A stretch of DNA of 64,000 nucleotides. It comes from Candidatus Aminicenantes bacterium. GTDB lineage: Bacteria; Acidobacteriota; Aminicenantia; Aminicenantales; UBA8522. Shown piece after piece: positions 18,594-27,793 of this stretch (position 1 is its first letter; each line of letters begins with the position of its first letter). A model generated the notes under the pieces. It saw nothing but the letters and a program-made list of their open reading frames with translations, was not told the origin of the DNA and ran no database searches. Made by a program: the position numbers and the translations under genes. Where the stretch lies: positions 25,997 through 89,996 of the forward strand of contig JAFNEO010000013.1 in NCBI GenBank assembly GCA_017886205.1, read 5' to 3'.

Positions 18594-19559
18594 ATGAAAA
18601 AGACAGCGTTGGTCTGCGGCGCGGGCGGTTTCATCGGAAGCCATCTGGTCAAGAGGCTCAAGAAAGACGGCTACTGGGTCCGCGGTGTGGACCTCAAATT
18701 TCCTGAGTTCTCCCCGACGGCGGCGGACGAATTTCTGATCCTCGACCTCCGGGAGCAGCCCAACTGCGAGCGGGTTGTCCGGACCGCCGAAGGCCGGCCC
18801 TTCGACGAGGTCTACCAGCTGGCCGCCGACATGGGCGGCATGGGGTTCATCCAGGCCGCCGAGTGCGAGATCATGCGGAACAGCGCCCTGATCAACATCC
18901 ACATGACCAACGCAGCGGCGCCGGCCGGAGTGAAGCGCTATCTCTTCTCCTCATCGGCCTGCGTCTATCGGAACATGAAGCCCGACGAGCCGGAGCTCTC
19001 CGAAGCGGAGGCCTACCCCGCTCTCCCCGATAACGAGTATGGATGGGAGAAGCTCTACGCCGAGCGGATGGCCATGGCCTACGGCCGCCGCTTCGGGATG
19101 GTCGTCCGGATCGCCCGCTTCCAGAACACCTATGGCCCCGAGGGCACCTGGCAGGGCGGCCGCGAGAAGGCCCCTGCGGCCTTCTGCCGGAAGGTCGCCG
19201 AGACGCCGGACGGCGGGGAGATCGAGGCCTGGGGCGATGGCAAGGCCATGCGGGCCTATACCTACATCGACGACCTCCTTGACGGGATCATCCGGCTGAT
19301 GCATTCGGACCTCGAGGACGGAGTCAATATCGGCCGCCAGGAATACGTCTCCGTGGACGAGCTGGCCCGGACCGTGGCCGAGGTCGCCGGCAAACACATC
19401 CGGATCAAGCACGTCTCGGGACCGGTCGGCGTGGACGCCCGCAATTTTCGGAATGACCGCATCGCCTCCCTGGGCTGGACCTCCAAAATCTCGCTGAAAG
19501 AAGGCATCTCCCGCACCTATCCCTGGATCAGGGCTCAGGTCGAAGCCAAGAAAAAATGA
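18594..19559 (+). CDS. gme: GDP-mannose 3,5-epimerase-like NAD-dependent epimerase (SDR family)
   Basis: GAGGFIGSHL Rossmann motif. Long blocks that I recall from plant GME: LAADMGGMGFIQ, SSSACVY, YGWEKLYAE (YxxxK), GTWQGGREKAPAAFCRK and WGDG. ATG at 18594, one codon inside the TTG given in the track. Confidence 0.8.
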   Translation: MKKTALVCGAGGFIGSHLVKRLKKDGYWVRGVDLKFPEFSPTAADEFLILDLREQPNCERVVRTAEGRPFDEVYQLAADMGGMGFIQAAECEIMRNSALINIHMTNAAAPAGVKRYLFSSSACVYRNMKPDEPELSEAEAYPALPDNEYGWEKLYAERMAMAYGRRFGMVVRIARFQNTYGPEGTWQGGREKAPAAFCRKVAETPDGGEIEAWGDGKAMRAYTYIDDLLDGIIRLMHSDLEDGVNIGRQEYVSVDELARTVAEVAGKHIRIKHVSGPVGVDARNFRNDRIASLGWTSKISLKEGISRTYPWIRAQVEAKKK

Positions 19560-22500
19560 GACCGGGCTGGGACTACCTAATCGTCACGGCGGCCAATGAA
19601 GAACAGGCCAGGGCCTACCGGGAGCAGCTTGGGATACGCCGTGACCTGGGGCTGATCTCCGGAGTAAGGGAGATTCTTGTTGTCCCCGACCCGGAGGGCC
19701 TCCGCATCGGAAGCGGGGGAAGCACCATCCTCTGCCTCCTCGAGGTCATCAGCCGCGAGCTCAGGGGGCGGGGAAAAAAGCTGGCGTCACCTGCGGCCTG
19801 GCAGGAAGCGCTGGCCCGGATCCGCGTTCTGATCGTCCACGCGGGCGGAGATGCGCGGCGTCTTCCGGCCTACAGCACCTGCGGCAAGATATTCATTCCG
19901 GTGCCCGGAGAATCCGACAGCGCTCTGGGCCTGACTCTCCTGGACAGACAGTTGCCCCGCTATCTCTCCCTGCCGGCGCCGGCGGACGGGTCCGGACAGG
20001 TCGTCGTCACCTCGGGCGACGTCTTCCTGGATTTCGATTCTTCTCTAGTCCGGTTCGGCAAGTGGGGCATCACCGCGATCGGTTGCTTCGCCGACCCCAA
20101 GCTGGCGGCTGCCCACGGTGTTTTCTGCCCCGCTCCGGACGGCGAAGTGAGGAGGTTTCTCCAGAAGCCCTCGGTCGGGGACCAGGAGAAGTTGGGTGCG
20201 GTCGACCGCCACGGAAGGTCGGTGCTCGACATCGGCATCATGAGCCTGGATGCGGCGGCAGCTATCCGCCTTGTCGCCGCATGCAATCCCAAGGCCGAAC
20301 GCCGCGGCCGGCTCTTCTGGTCCGGCCGGCCCGCCGGCCTCATCCTGGGACGCGGCCTCGATTTCTACCGGGAAATCTGCTGCGCCATGGGCAGGGACAC
20401 GGACCGAAGAAGCTACATCGCGGAGGTCCGAAGGACCGGCTCGGCTTTGAGCGACGGAGAACTGAGAGCTCTTTACGATGCCTTTTCCCCAATTCCTTTC
20501 TTTGTCGAGACCGTTCCGAGCTGTATCTTCCTGCATTTCGGCACCATGCGTCAGCTGATGGCGAGCGGGGCCGACCTCATCAGCCTGGGCAGGGGTGTTT
20601 CGAACTCTCACGCCCCGATCATCCTCAACTCCGAGGTCGGACCCGCCGGCGCCGTCATCGGGAAGGACGCCTGGGTCGAGGGCTGCCGGGTGCGCGCGAC
20701 CCTCTCTCTCGGCGGTGAAAACATCGTCGCCGGCATCGACGTCGACGAGCCGCTCGCCCTGCCGCAAAGAGCCTGTCTGGACGTCCTGGAGGGTGAAGAC
20801 GGCAGCGGGAAGAAGGCCTGGTTCGTCCGCTGTTATGACATCGATGACTTGTTCCACCTTCCGCGGGACCGGGGCGGCCGATTAAACGGCCTGTCTTTAG
20901 AAGAATGGCTCCGGGGTATGGACGCCGAAGAAGACGAGATCTGGGACACCCGTCTTTCCCCCGAGGAGAGGTCCGTCTGGAAGGGACGGTTCTTTCCCGC
21001 TGTGGACAGCCCGTCACAGGTTCCGGACTGGCTCTGGCTGTTCGATCTTCCGGCTGCGACGGAGCTCCAGAAGAGCGTCTGGCGGGAAAGCCGCCGACTG
21101 AGCCTCGCCGACATGGCCGGACTTGCCTCGCATGAGGCCTTCCATTCCCGCCGTCTGAAGATTCGCGCCGCCGCGATGCGGAGCGAACCGGGCCGCGTCT
21201 TCCGCTCCGAGAGCCATTTCTCGGCTTCCGACCTCGCCTTTTTCCTGGAGAGGTCTCCCGTGCCGGAAAAGCCGCTCTGGCTCTCGGGCATTTTGAAAGA
21301 AGCCTACCGCCGTCACGGGCCGGAAGCTCCGTTGACCGATATCGAAAGCCTAGGTCTTTCCCGCCTCCTGCACACGCTGGGCACGGCGGTGACGGAATTG
21401 TCCGGCCGACCGCCGGTAATCACGCGATCCGTAATGACCGAGACGGAAAAAGCGCTGGGCCGGAAGGAGAAGGTCTGGCTCGGCTCGCTCGGCCTGTCGC
21501 TTGGCGGAAAGAGGTCGGCGGTGGCCTGGGGAAACGGGGCCCGGCAGGCGGCCTTTGAACACCTGGGAAAGGCGATCGTCCGCAGCGGCCACGAGAGGGT
21601 CGAGCCGCCGAAGAATGCCCTCCGCGAGGATGAGATCGTCTGGGGACGCGCTCCGGCGCGGCTCGACCTGGGTGGCGGCTGGACCGACACACCGCCCTAC
21701 TCCCTCGAGCGCGGGGGATGCGTCATCAACGCCGCCGTCAACCTCAACGGGCAAGCCCCCATCCAGGCCTACGCCCGCGTCATACCGGAGCCGGAGATCC
21801 GGATCAACTCCATCGACCACAGCGTCCGTATCGTCATCCGGGAGCTCGACGACCTCCTCGATTATCGCCAGCCGGCCAGCCGGTTCGGCCTGGCTAAAGC
21901 GGCTCTGGCCCTCTGTGGCTTCTCTCCGGCCGAAGCCGCCTGGAAGAAAGAGACAACGCTGCGCCGCATGATGGAACGCTTCGGCGGCGGGATCGAGCTC
22001 ACCACTCTGGCCGCCATCCCGAGCGGCAGCGGTCTGGGCACTTCGAGCATTATGGGAGCCGTCCTGATCTCGGTCCTCGGCCGATTGACAGGCCGGAGCC
22101 TCTCCCAGCGCGAGCTATTCCACGGGGTGCTCCGACTCGAGCAAGAGCTGACCACGGGGGGTGGATGGCAGGACCAGGTGGGCGGCGTCGTCGAGGGAGT
22201 CAAAGTCATCCGCACCGCGCCGGGCATGGTTCCCGACCCGATCATCCATTTCGTACCGGCCGATGTGCTGGATCCTCGGACAAACGGAGGGTTGACCCTC
22301 CTTTATTACACCGGACTGCGCCGGCTGGCCAAGAACATCCTGGCCGGCGTGGTCGGCAGCTACCTGAGCAGGGATAGAGGCTCGATGAGGATCCTGCAGG
22401 AACTCCATATCTTCCCGCCGGCCATGGCCGAGGCGATGTCGCAGAAGTCGATAGATCGGTTCGGACGGCTGATCGACGTTGCCTGGGGGCTTAAAAAGGG

Positions 22501-22738
22501 ACTCGACCCGGAATCAACGACGCCGGTCATCGAGGGCATCCTCGAACGCGTCGACGATAATATTTTTGGAGCCACGCTGCTCGGCGCCGGCGGGGGCGGC
22601 TTCCTACTCCTGGTCTGCCGGACAAAACCCGACGCCGAAAAGGTCCGGCACGCGCTCACCCAGCAACCGCCGAATCGGCGAGCCCGGTTTTTCGAGTTCG
22701 AGATCAACCAGGAGGGCTTGGTGGTCACGGTCTGCTAG
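19556..22738 (+). CDS. fkp: bifunctional L-fucokinase / L-fucose-1-phosphate guanylyltransferase (Fkp/FKGP-like)
   Basis: ATGA overlap with the gme stop. The N-terminus WDYLIVTAANEEQARAY...VVPDPEGLRIGSGGSTI resembles the pyrophosphorylase domain of Fkp/FKGP. The C-terminal GHMP-kinase motif is PSGSGLGTSS, with GAGGGGF near the end. Confidence 0.8.
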   Translation: MRPGWDYLIVTAANEEQARAYREQLGIRRDLGLISGVREILVVPDPEGLRIGSGGSTILCLLEVISRELRGRGKKLASPAAWQEALARIRVLIVHAGGDARRLPAYSTCGKIFIPVPGESDSALGLTLLDRQLPRYLSLPAPADGSGQVVVTSGDVFLDFDSSLVRFGKWGITAIGCFADPKLAAAHGVFCPAPDGEVRRFLQKPSVGDQEKLGAVDRHGRSVLDIGIMSLDAAAAIRLVAACNPKAERRGRLFWSGRPAGLILGRGLDFYREICCAMGRDTDRRSYIAEVRRTGSALSDGELRALYDAFSPIPFFVETVPSCIFLHFGTMRQLMASGADLISLGRGVSNSHAPIILNSEVGPAGAVIGKDAWVEGCRVRATLSLGGENIVAGIDVDEPLALPQRACLDVLEGEDGSGKKAWFVRCYDIDDLFHLPRDRGGRLNGLSLEEWLRGMDAEEDEIWDTRLSPEERSVWKGRFFPAVDSPSQVPDWLWLFDLPAATELQKSVWRESRRLSLADMAGLASHEAFHSRRLKIRAAAMRSEPGRVFRSESHFSASDLAFFLERSPVPEKPLWLSGILKEAYRRHGPEAPLTDIESLGLSRLLHTLGTAVTELSGRPPVITRSVMTETEKALGRKEKVWLGSLGLSLGGKRSAVAWGNGARQAAFEHLGKAIVRSGHERVEPPKNALREDEIVWGRAPARLDLGGGWTDTPPYSLERGGCVINAAVNLNGQAPIQAYARVIPEPEIRINSIDHSVRIVIRELDDLLDYRQPASRFGLAKAALALCGFSPAEAAWKKETTLRRMMERFGGGIELTTLAAIPSGSGLGTSSIMGAVLISVLGRLTGRSLSQRELFHGVLRLEQELTTGGGWQDQVGGVVEGVKVIRTAPGMVPDPIIHFVPADVLDPRTNGGLTLLYYTGLRRLAKNILAGVVGSYLSRDRGSMRILQELHIFPPAMAEAMSQKSIDRFGRLIDVAWGLKKGLDPESTTPVIEGILERVDDNIFGATLLGAGGGGFLLLVCRTKPDAEKVRHALTQQPPNRRARFFEFEINQEGLVVTVC

Positions 22739-22829
22739 GGCCGCCGCCGGGGCCATATAACCGACCGAATAGCGCTGATTGGGCGTCTCCTTCTTTCCTG
22801 ACGGTTGCGAAACTAGAATAAAACAGACG

Positions 22830-22849
22830 ATTAAAACAATTGTTTTAAT
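22830..22849. promoter_or_regulatory. perfect 20-bp palindrome ATTAAAACAATTGTTTTAAT; candidate operator
   Basis: Read directly from the sequence. It lies in the 270-nt AT-rich gap upstream of the TetR gene. Confidence 0.4.
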
Positions 22850-22938
22850 TATCACATGGTTTCTTTTTTTATATAGATAGATATTTTCCATCAGATAATT
22901 ACAGATTATGCCACTTTATTAAAATTATTCAATATTTG

Positions 22939-22984
22939 TTGCACTTGCCAAATGGAAACCCTATAATTTAATCGCTTGATTAAA
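22939..22984 (+). promoter_or_regulatory. sigma70-type promoter TTGCAC-17-TATAAT with an overlapping inverted repeat TTTAATCgcttGATTAAA
   Basis: TTGCAC at 22939-22944, a 17-nt spacer, then TATAAT at 22962-22967. The 7-bp inverted repeat at 22967-22984 starts at the last base of the -10 box, where a TetR autoregulatory operator would be expected. Confidence 0.5.
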
Positions 22985-23009
22985 TCATTCCCCATAAAAA
23001 GGTGTAAAA

Positions 23010-23594
23010 ATGAGCCAAGGAAAACCCTCTGTCAGGGAGAAGATCATTGTCACGGCAATCGAGTGTATCGAAGTACATGGCCTTGAGAGCCTCACGATCC
23101 GCTCCATAGCCGCCAAAGCCGGGGTGAACAGCGCCGCCATCAACTATTATTTTGGCACAAAAGAGAAGCTTATCGAGGAAGCCCTTAACCGCACTCTGGA
23201 GGAGTTCAAGAAGATGCCGGAAGAGATACTGCAGGCCGATGATCTTGATCTCAAGGACCGTTTGCAGGGCTTCTTCGGTGCCTTCTTCGACGGCCTGGTC
23301 CGATGGCCGAGAATCGTCAAAGCCCACCTCCAGCCCCCCCTCCTCGACGGCGATTACGGGACTCCCTTCTGCGACACGTTCAATTCCTTCTTAACCGACC
23401 TTCTCCGCCGTCTCGAGGAGATGCCGCTCGTTGAGCACGAACAGAATCCAAGGCTCCGGATCATCCAGTCTATTTCGGCGGTCCTCATCCCCGGGCTGAT
23501 GCCCGGGCTTTTCCAGTATTTCGCCGGACTTGATTTCGCCGACCCCGAGGCCCGCAACTCCTATGTCGAGGACTTGGTCAACCGCCTCTTTTAA
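23010..23594 (+). CDS. TetR/AcrR family transcriptional regulator
   Basis: N-terminal helix-turn-helix: LTIRSIAAKAGVNSAAINYYFGTKEKLIEEAL. Size is typical (194 aa). Confidence 0.85.
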   Translation: MSQGKPSVREKIIVTAIECIEVHGLESLTIRSIAAKAGVNSAAINYYFGTKEKLIEEALNRTLEEFKKMPEEILQADDLDLKDRLQGFFGAFFDGLVRWPRIVKAHLQPPLLDGDYGTPFCDTFNSFLTDLLRRLEEMPLVEHEQNPRLRIIQSISAVLIPGLMPGLFQYFAGLDFADPEARNSYVEDLVNRLF

Positions 23595-23635
23595 GTTCGG
23601 TGCCAGGCAACTCATTACTCAAATAGCCTGAAACT

Positions 23636-23679
23636 GGGGAGACATGAAGCTAATTGATGAATAAGCTATCGTGTCCCCC
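23636..23679. repeat. imperfect palindrome GGGGAGACATGAAGCTAATT-gatg-AATAAGCTATCGTGTCCCC, member of the dispersed repeat family
   Basis: Read directly from the sequence. It is homologous in both arms to the element at 27206-27247. Confidence 0.6.
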
Positions 23680-23710
23680 AGACTTGGCCGGACTTTTTCG
23701 AAATGAAGGG

Positions 23711-26700
23711 TCAGCGCCCCTGCAGCTGAGCCGAACGTTTCTTCGCCTCCACTAACTCAGGAATCCCGGTATCGGCGTCCTTCCATAGTTCCAAAAATCG
23801 CGCGTACTCTTTTTTCGCTTCTTCTCTCAAACCTTTCTGCTCATACAACTTGGCCAGGCGATAATGATAGACGGGATTATGCAGGCGGCGGTCCTGGCTC
23901 GCCGGGTCGAAGGTGAGAAGCTTCTTATATTCCTCGATCGCTTTATCCAGATTCCCCATCTTCTGATAGGCCCGCGCTAGGACGTCCTGGTCCAGGGGAA
24001 AGTTGTACCAGGCAAATACCCGACCGTAGGCCGGATAGAAGAGGGGAACCTGCAGGACAAACTCTTTTTCCAAAATGTTAATTGCCTCGGCCGTTTTCCC
24101 TTCAGATATCCAGACTTCCGCCTGAAGCAGTTGATAATTTTTTTCCAGCTGCAGGTAAAGGCCACTTTGATCCTCCCGGAATTGGGCAAATAGCGATCGG
24201 ATCTCTTCGATCCTCTGCTCGGCCTCTTTGATCTGGCCCTTTTTCCACTCTACAAGCCCGAGCCAAAGGCCGCTTTCGATGGGAATTAAGCGGTCGGCTT
24301 GGGGCAGGGCTTCTTTGGCGTCCTTCTGGAATTCTGAAAACCGCTCGACAGCCGTATCAAACTCGCCCCGTTCAAAATAGAAACAGGCCTGGACGAGTTT
24401 GGCCAAGGCGGCCCCGTGTTTATCTCCGATCGATTCCCAGGCTCCCCCCGCTCGCGCCACTTCCATCGCAGCCTGCTCCCGTTTGCCCAGGACATAGTTA
24501 AAAATCGCTTTCCACCAGTAGCCGAGGCTCTGCCAGTTTTTGGATGGAGCCGCGAGAATGAACTGGTCCAGCCAGCTCATGGCCTCGGCGTAATCTCCTT
24601 TGACGCCGTAAATATAAGCGATGATATCATCTGACCCGAAATCCGGCTTGATCCGCAAAGCCTCCTTGTATTGTTCGATAGCCTCATCAAGCCGCCCAGT
24701 GACGAAGTAGAGTTGTCCCAGGGAATCCAAAGGATTGGCGTCTTCAGGAGCGATGGAAACGGCCTTCTTCAGGGATTCTTCCGCTTTGCCAAGATCACCC
24801 GTCGCTATATACATAAAGCCAAGCTGATTCAGGATTGTCGCCCACTTGGGATCCAACTCCAGGGCTTTGTTGGCTTCTGCGATTGCTTCAGGATACATCT
24901 TTTTCTGCTGGTAGGCGGCAAAGAGTGAACTGTGGACGTCCTTTTCTTTGGGATATTTCGCGGCGATTTCCTGAAGGATGCGGAATTCTTTTTCGGTGTT
25001 TTTCTCCACCCTCCTGGCGTAGGCGGCCTCGATGTACAACCGTTCTTTCTCCGCCGCCTTTCCGGAAAAAGCTTTGGCTTTCTCCAGAGCCTCGGCAGCC
25101 AGTTGAGAATTCGTTAAATATCGATAGGTTCTAAAAAGATAAAGATAGGCAATGGCGAATTGGGGATCGAGCTCAACGGCCTTTTCCAGGTTATTACGGG
25201 CATCCTCGAAGTACATTTTATCCACATTTTCTTGCCCTTCGAGGTAATATTTGTAAGCGTCCAGAGAAGACGTCTGGGACGGGGCCATTTCGAGCTTCGC
25301 CTCTTCAATCGCCTTTTTGGACAGGCCGATACCGCGCGATATGTCCCGGCTCAATTGGCCGATCTGCTTGTCCAGGATGCTCTGCGCCCCGTCCCCTTTG
25401 GCAGTGACGCTTTTCAGCAGTTTCCTCGTCTTGACGTCAAACATCTTGACATCCGTGGCAAACGTCTCGCCCGCTTTGACATAACTTCCCAGGACGAGAG
25501 CATCGACATTGTCCTTCTGGCACAGCTCAAAACCGAGCTCGCTGTCGATGATGTCGGCCTGTTCCTTCCCCATTTGCCTGAGGAGGTCACGCAGCCGTTC
25601 GAAGGTCGTGACATGGAGATATTTCGACTGTTCCAGGCTGGTGATCAAAAGGTTGGGGATGGCGGCCCGAAGATAATCGTAGGCCTGGTCACCGGTTTGA
25701 TTTTGAAAAGTGATGACCGCTATGGACCGCTCGACAGCTTTGCCTCTGAAAGCGACGCGCCAGAGCAGGAACCCGAGGACGATTATCCCAACGACCGCCA
25801 GAGCGGGGATCAACAGTTTTTTCAGCCCGAATGTCACCGTGATCTCTTTGGAGGTCAGGGCTTTTCTCTGGGATTTTTCTCTTTCGGTTGTGGGGTATCC
25901 TTCTTCAATGGCCTCGATCTCCGCACGCAGGTCATCGGCCGTCTGAAACCTTTTTTCTTTGTCTTTTTCTAGGCATTTAAGGATCAGCCGGCTGAGGGCT
26001 GCGGGAAGCTGGGGGTTCCATTCTTTCGGGTCCCTGGGTTTCTCGCCCTTGTGCTTCATGGCGACGCTGAGCGGTGTTTCGCCCTCGAAAGGAACGCGGC
26101 CGGTAACCATTTCGTAGAGGATGACTCCCAGCGAGTAGATGTCCGAACGGCCGTCCACGTCTTTCGCTTCTGCCTGCTCCGGGGACATGTAGTCGGGCGT
26201 CCCGATGGTGAAGCCGGTCCCGGTGATGGCCTCCGTCTTGAGAAAGCGGGCGATCCCGAAGTCCATGATCTTGGCATTTCCCTCGCGGTCGATCATGATG
26301 TTGCCGGGTTTGAGGTCGCGGTGGACGACACCCAGCCGATGGGCCTCGGCCAACCCGTCCGCCGCTTGGCCGGCGATGGAAAGCGCTTTAGCCGGAGGCA
26401 GCTGGCCTATCCTTTTGATCAGGCTTTTCAGGTCCTCTCCGGCGACGTATTCCATGGTGATAAAGTGAACGCCGCCGGATTCGCCCAGGTCATGCATGCG
26501 GCAGACGTTGCGGTGCGAGATCTTGCGGGCGATCTTGAGCTCCTGACTGAATCTTTCGATGATCTTCCGATCCGAGGAGATCTGAGGGTTGATGAGCTTG
26601 AGCGCAACTTCCTCATTGATTTTCTTGTCCTCCGCCCGATAAACGGCACCCATGCCGCCCCGGCCCAGCTCTTCGATGATCTCGTACCGGCCGGCGAGCA

Positions 26701-26863
26701 CCGTCCCGCGGGTGAGGTCCAGTCGAGGCATATTGAGCGTCTCCGTCGTGGAAATCGAGAATCCTGGAGAGGAGGGAAGCGGAGCCCCGCAACTTCCGCA
26801 ATAGAAAGTATCCTGGGGGTTATCGAATTGGCATTTCGGGCAGTTGACGGTTTCTTTTTTCAC
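23711..26863 (-). CDS. Ser/Thr protein kinase with N-terminal zinc ribbon, one TM helix and a periplasmic/TPR-repeat C-terminal region
   Basis: Zinc ribbon: CPKCQ...CGSCG. Kinase motifs: GRGGMGAVY, HRDLKPGNIM, DFGIA and GTPDYMSPEQ. TM segment LLIPALAVVGIIVLGFLLW, then many TPR-like repeats. The start is uncertain: GTG 26863 is preferred, ATG 26968 is possible. The track start 27214 would overlap the tautomerase gene. Confidence 0.85.
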   Translation of the reverse strand: MKKETVNCPKCQFDNPQDTFYCGSCGAPLPSSPGFSISTTETLNMPRLDLTRGTVLAGRYEIIEELGRGGMGAVYRAEDKKINEEVALKLINPQISSDRKIIERFSQELKIARKISHRNVCRMHDLGESGGVHFITMEYVAGEDLKSLIKRIGQLPPAKALSIAGQAADGLAEAHRLGVVHRDLKPGNIMIDREGNAKIMDFGIARFLKTEAITGTGFTIGTPDYMSPEQAEAKDVDGRSDIYSLGVILYEMVTGRVPFEGETPLSVAMKHKGEKPRDPKEWNPQLPAALSRLILKCLEKDKEKRFQTADDLRAEIEAIEEGYPTTEREKSQRKALTSKEITVTFGLKKLLIPALAVVGIIVLGFLLWRVAFRGKAVERSIAVITFQNQTGDQAYDYLRAAIPNLLITSLEQSKYLHVTTFERLRDLLRQMGKEQADIIDSELGFELCQKDNVDALVLGSYVKAGETFATDVKMFDVKTRKLLKSVTAKGDGAQSILDKQIGQLSRDISRGIGLSKKAIEEAKLEMAPSQTSSLDAYKYYLEGQENVDKMYFEDARNNLEKAVELDPQFAIAYLYLFRTYRYLTNSQLAAEALEKAKAFSGKAAEKERLYIEAAYARRVEKNTEKEFRILQEIAAKYPKEKDVHSSLFAAYQQKKMYPEAIAEANKALELDPKWATILNQLGFMYIATGDLGKAEESLKKAVSIAPEDANPLDSLGQLYFVTGRLDEAIEQYKEALRIKPDFGSDDIIAYIYGVKGDYAEAMSWLDQFILAAPSKNWQSLGYWWKAIFNYVLGKREQAAMEVARAGGAWESIGDKHGAALAKLVQACFYFERGEFDTAVERFSEFQKDAKEALPQADRLIPIESGLWLGLVEWKKGQIKEAEQRIEEIRSLFAQFREDQSGLYLQLEKNYQLLQAEVWISEGKTAEAINILEKEFVLQVPLFYPAYGRVFAWYNFPLDQDVLARAYQKMGNLDKAIEEYKKLLTFDPASQDRRLHNPVYHYRLAKLYEQKGLREEAKKEYARFLELWKDADTGIPELVEAKKRSAQLQGR

Positions 26864-26984
26864 TTGTCTGCTTGTTGGCAAGAGGATATCAACTGTGCGA
26901 AAATTAGTCAACCGGCCGCCATTGCGTCCGCAGGGCAACTCAAACAACAGGAGCGCCCCTGTTAACATTTGAAAGGAGGAAAAC

Positions 26985-27176
26985 ATGCCGCTTATCGAAG
27001 TCCGCCTGCTCGAGGGGCGAACGGATGAACAGAAGGAAAAACTCCTAGCCGCGATCACCAAGGCCGTGCAGGAATCGATCGGCGCGCCCTTGCCGTCCAT
27101 CCGCGTCTGGATCCAGGAGTTCTCTCCCAAAGAATATATGGTGGCGGGAGAATTGGCCTCCCTCAAAAAGACCTGA
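26985..27176 (+). CDS. 4-oxalocrotonate tautomerase family protein (63 aa), copy 1
   Basis: MPLIEV... provides the catalytic Pro1 after Met removal. Size and beta-alpha-beta pattern are typical. AGGAGGA Shine-Dalgarno. Confidence 0.8.
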   Translation: MPLIEVRLLEGRTDEQKEKLLAAITKAVQESIGAPLPSIRVWIQEFSPKEYMVAGELASLKKT

Positions 27177-27177
27177 T

Positions 27178-27197
27178 AAATTCGGGGACACCACATA
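27178..27197. repeat. repeat-family unit AAATTCGGGGACACCACATA (reverse complement TATGTGGTGTCCCCGAATTT)
   Basis: Read directly from the sequence, immediately after the copy-1 tautomerase stop codon. Confidence 0.5.
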
Positions 27198-27205
27198 AAA
27201 AATTC

Positions 27206-27247
27206 GAGGGACATGAACTCAATTTCCGAATTGAGTATCGTGTCCTC
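27206..27247. repeat. imperfect palindrome GAGGGACATGAACTCAATT-tccg-AATTGAGTATCGTGTCCTC
   Basis: Read directly from the sequence. The arms are homologous to those of the 23636-23679 element. Confidence 0.6.
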
Positions 27248-27298
27248 CGAATTTTAGACAAAAACGCGGCCAATCGGGGTCTTATTGAGTGAGCGGGC

Positions 27299-27793
27299 GT
27301 GAAGCTATTGGATATCTCCCAGCTCTTTGATCAGTTCGGACAGGCCATGTATCGGTATTTAACCGTTAAGCTCGGCTCCCCAGACGACGCCGAAGATGCG
27401 CTGCAGGAGGTGTTCTGTCGGTTGGTGAAGCATTCATTCCGCCTGCGGTTGGTCCGTGATCTGCGCGCCTTCGCTTTCCGCATCGCCCGCAACGAGGCCA
27501 ACCGGTTTCTTCAGCGTAAGATTCCGGGGAAACAGGCCGCTCAACCCGGAGCCGATTTCGCCGAGTCCCTCCGTCGGACCTATTCCGGCCCCGACGGACT
27601 CTCCGAACAGGCTGCTGCCGCAGCCCTGGCCCAGATCCCCGGCGAGCAGAGAGAAGTCATTATCCTCAAGATTTTCGAGGGGCTGTCCTTCAGAGAGATC
27701 GCGGCCGTGAGTGGACAGTCGATCAATACCGTGGCCAGCCGGTACCGCTACGGCATCGAGAAAATACGAGGGCTTATGGAGGGAGGGGAATGA
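27299..27793 (+). CDS. ECF (sigma-70 family group 4) RNA polymerase sigma factor
   Basis: GTG start. Region 2: DAEDALQEVFCRLV...FAFRIARNEANRFLQR. Region 4: EVIILKIFEGLSFREIAAVSGQSINTVASRYRYGIEKIR. Confidence 0.85.
   Translation: MKLLDISQLFDQFGQAMYRYLTVKLGSPDDAEDALQEVFCRLVKHSFRLRLVRDLRAFAFRIARNEANRFLQRKIPGKQAAQPGADFAESLRRTYSGPDGLSEQAAAAALAQIPGEQREVIILKIFEGLSFREIAAVSGQSINTVASRYRYGIEKIRGLMEGGE

Noticed and set aside
22604-22891. 95-codon ORF divergent from the TetR gene, with a hydrophobic N-terminal segment (IIKTIVLIVCFILV).
   Set aside because: Its last 45 codons are antisense to the 3' end of fkp, and the 20-bp palindrome lies inside it. A shorter micro-protein cannot be excluded, but there is no supporting signal.
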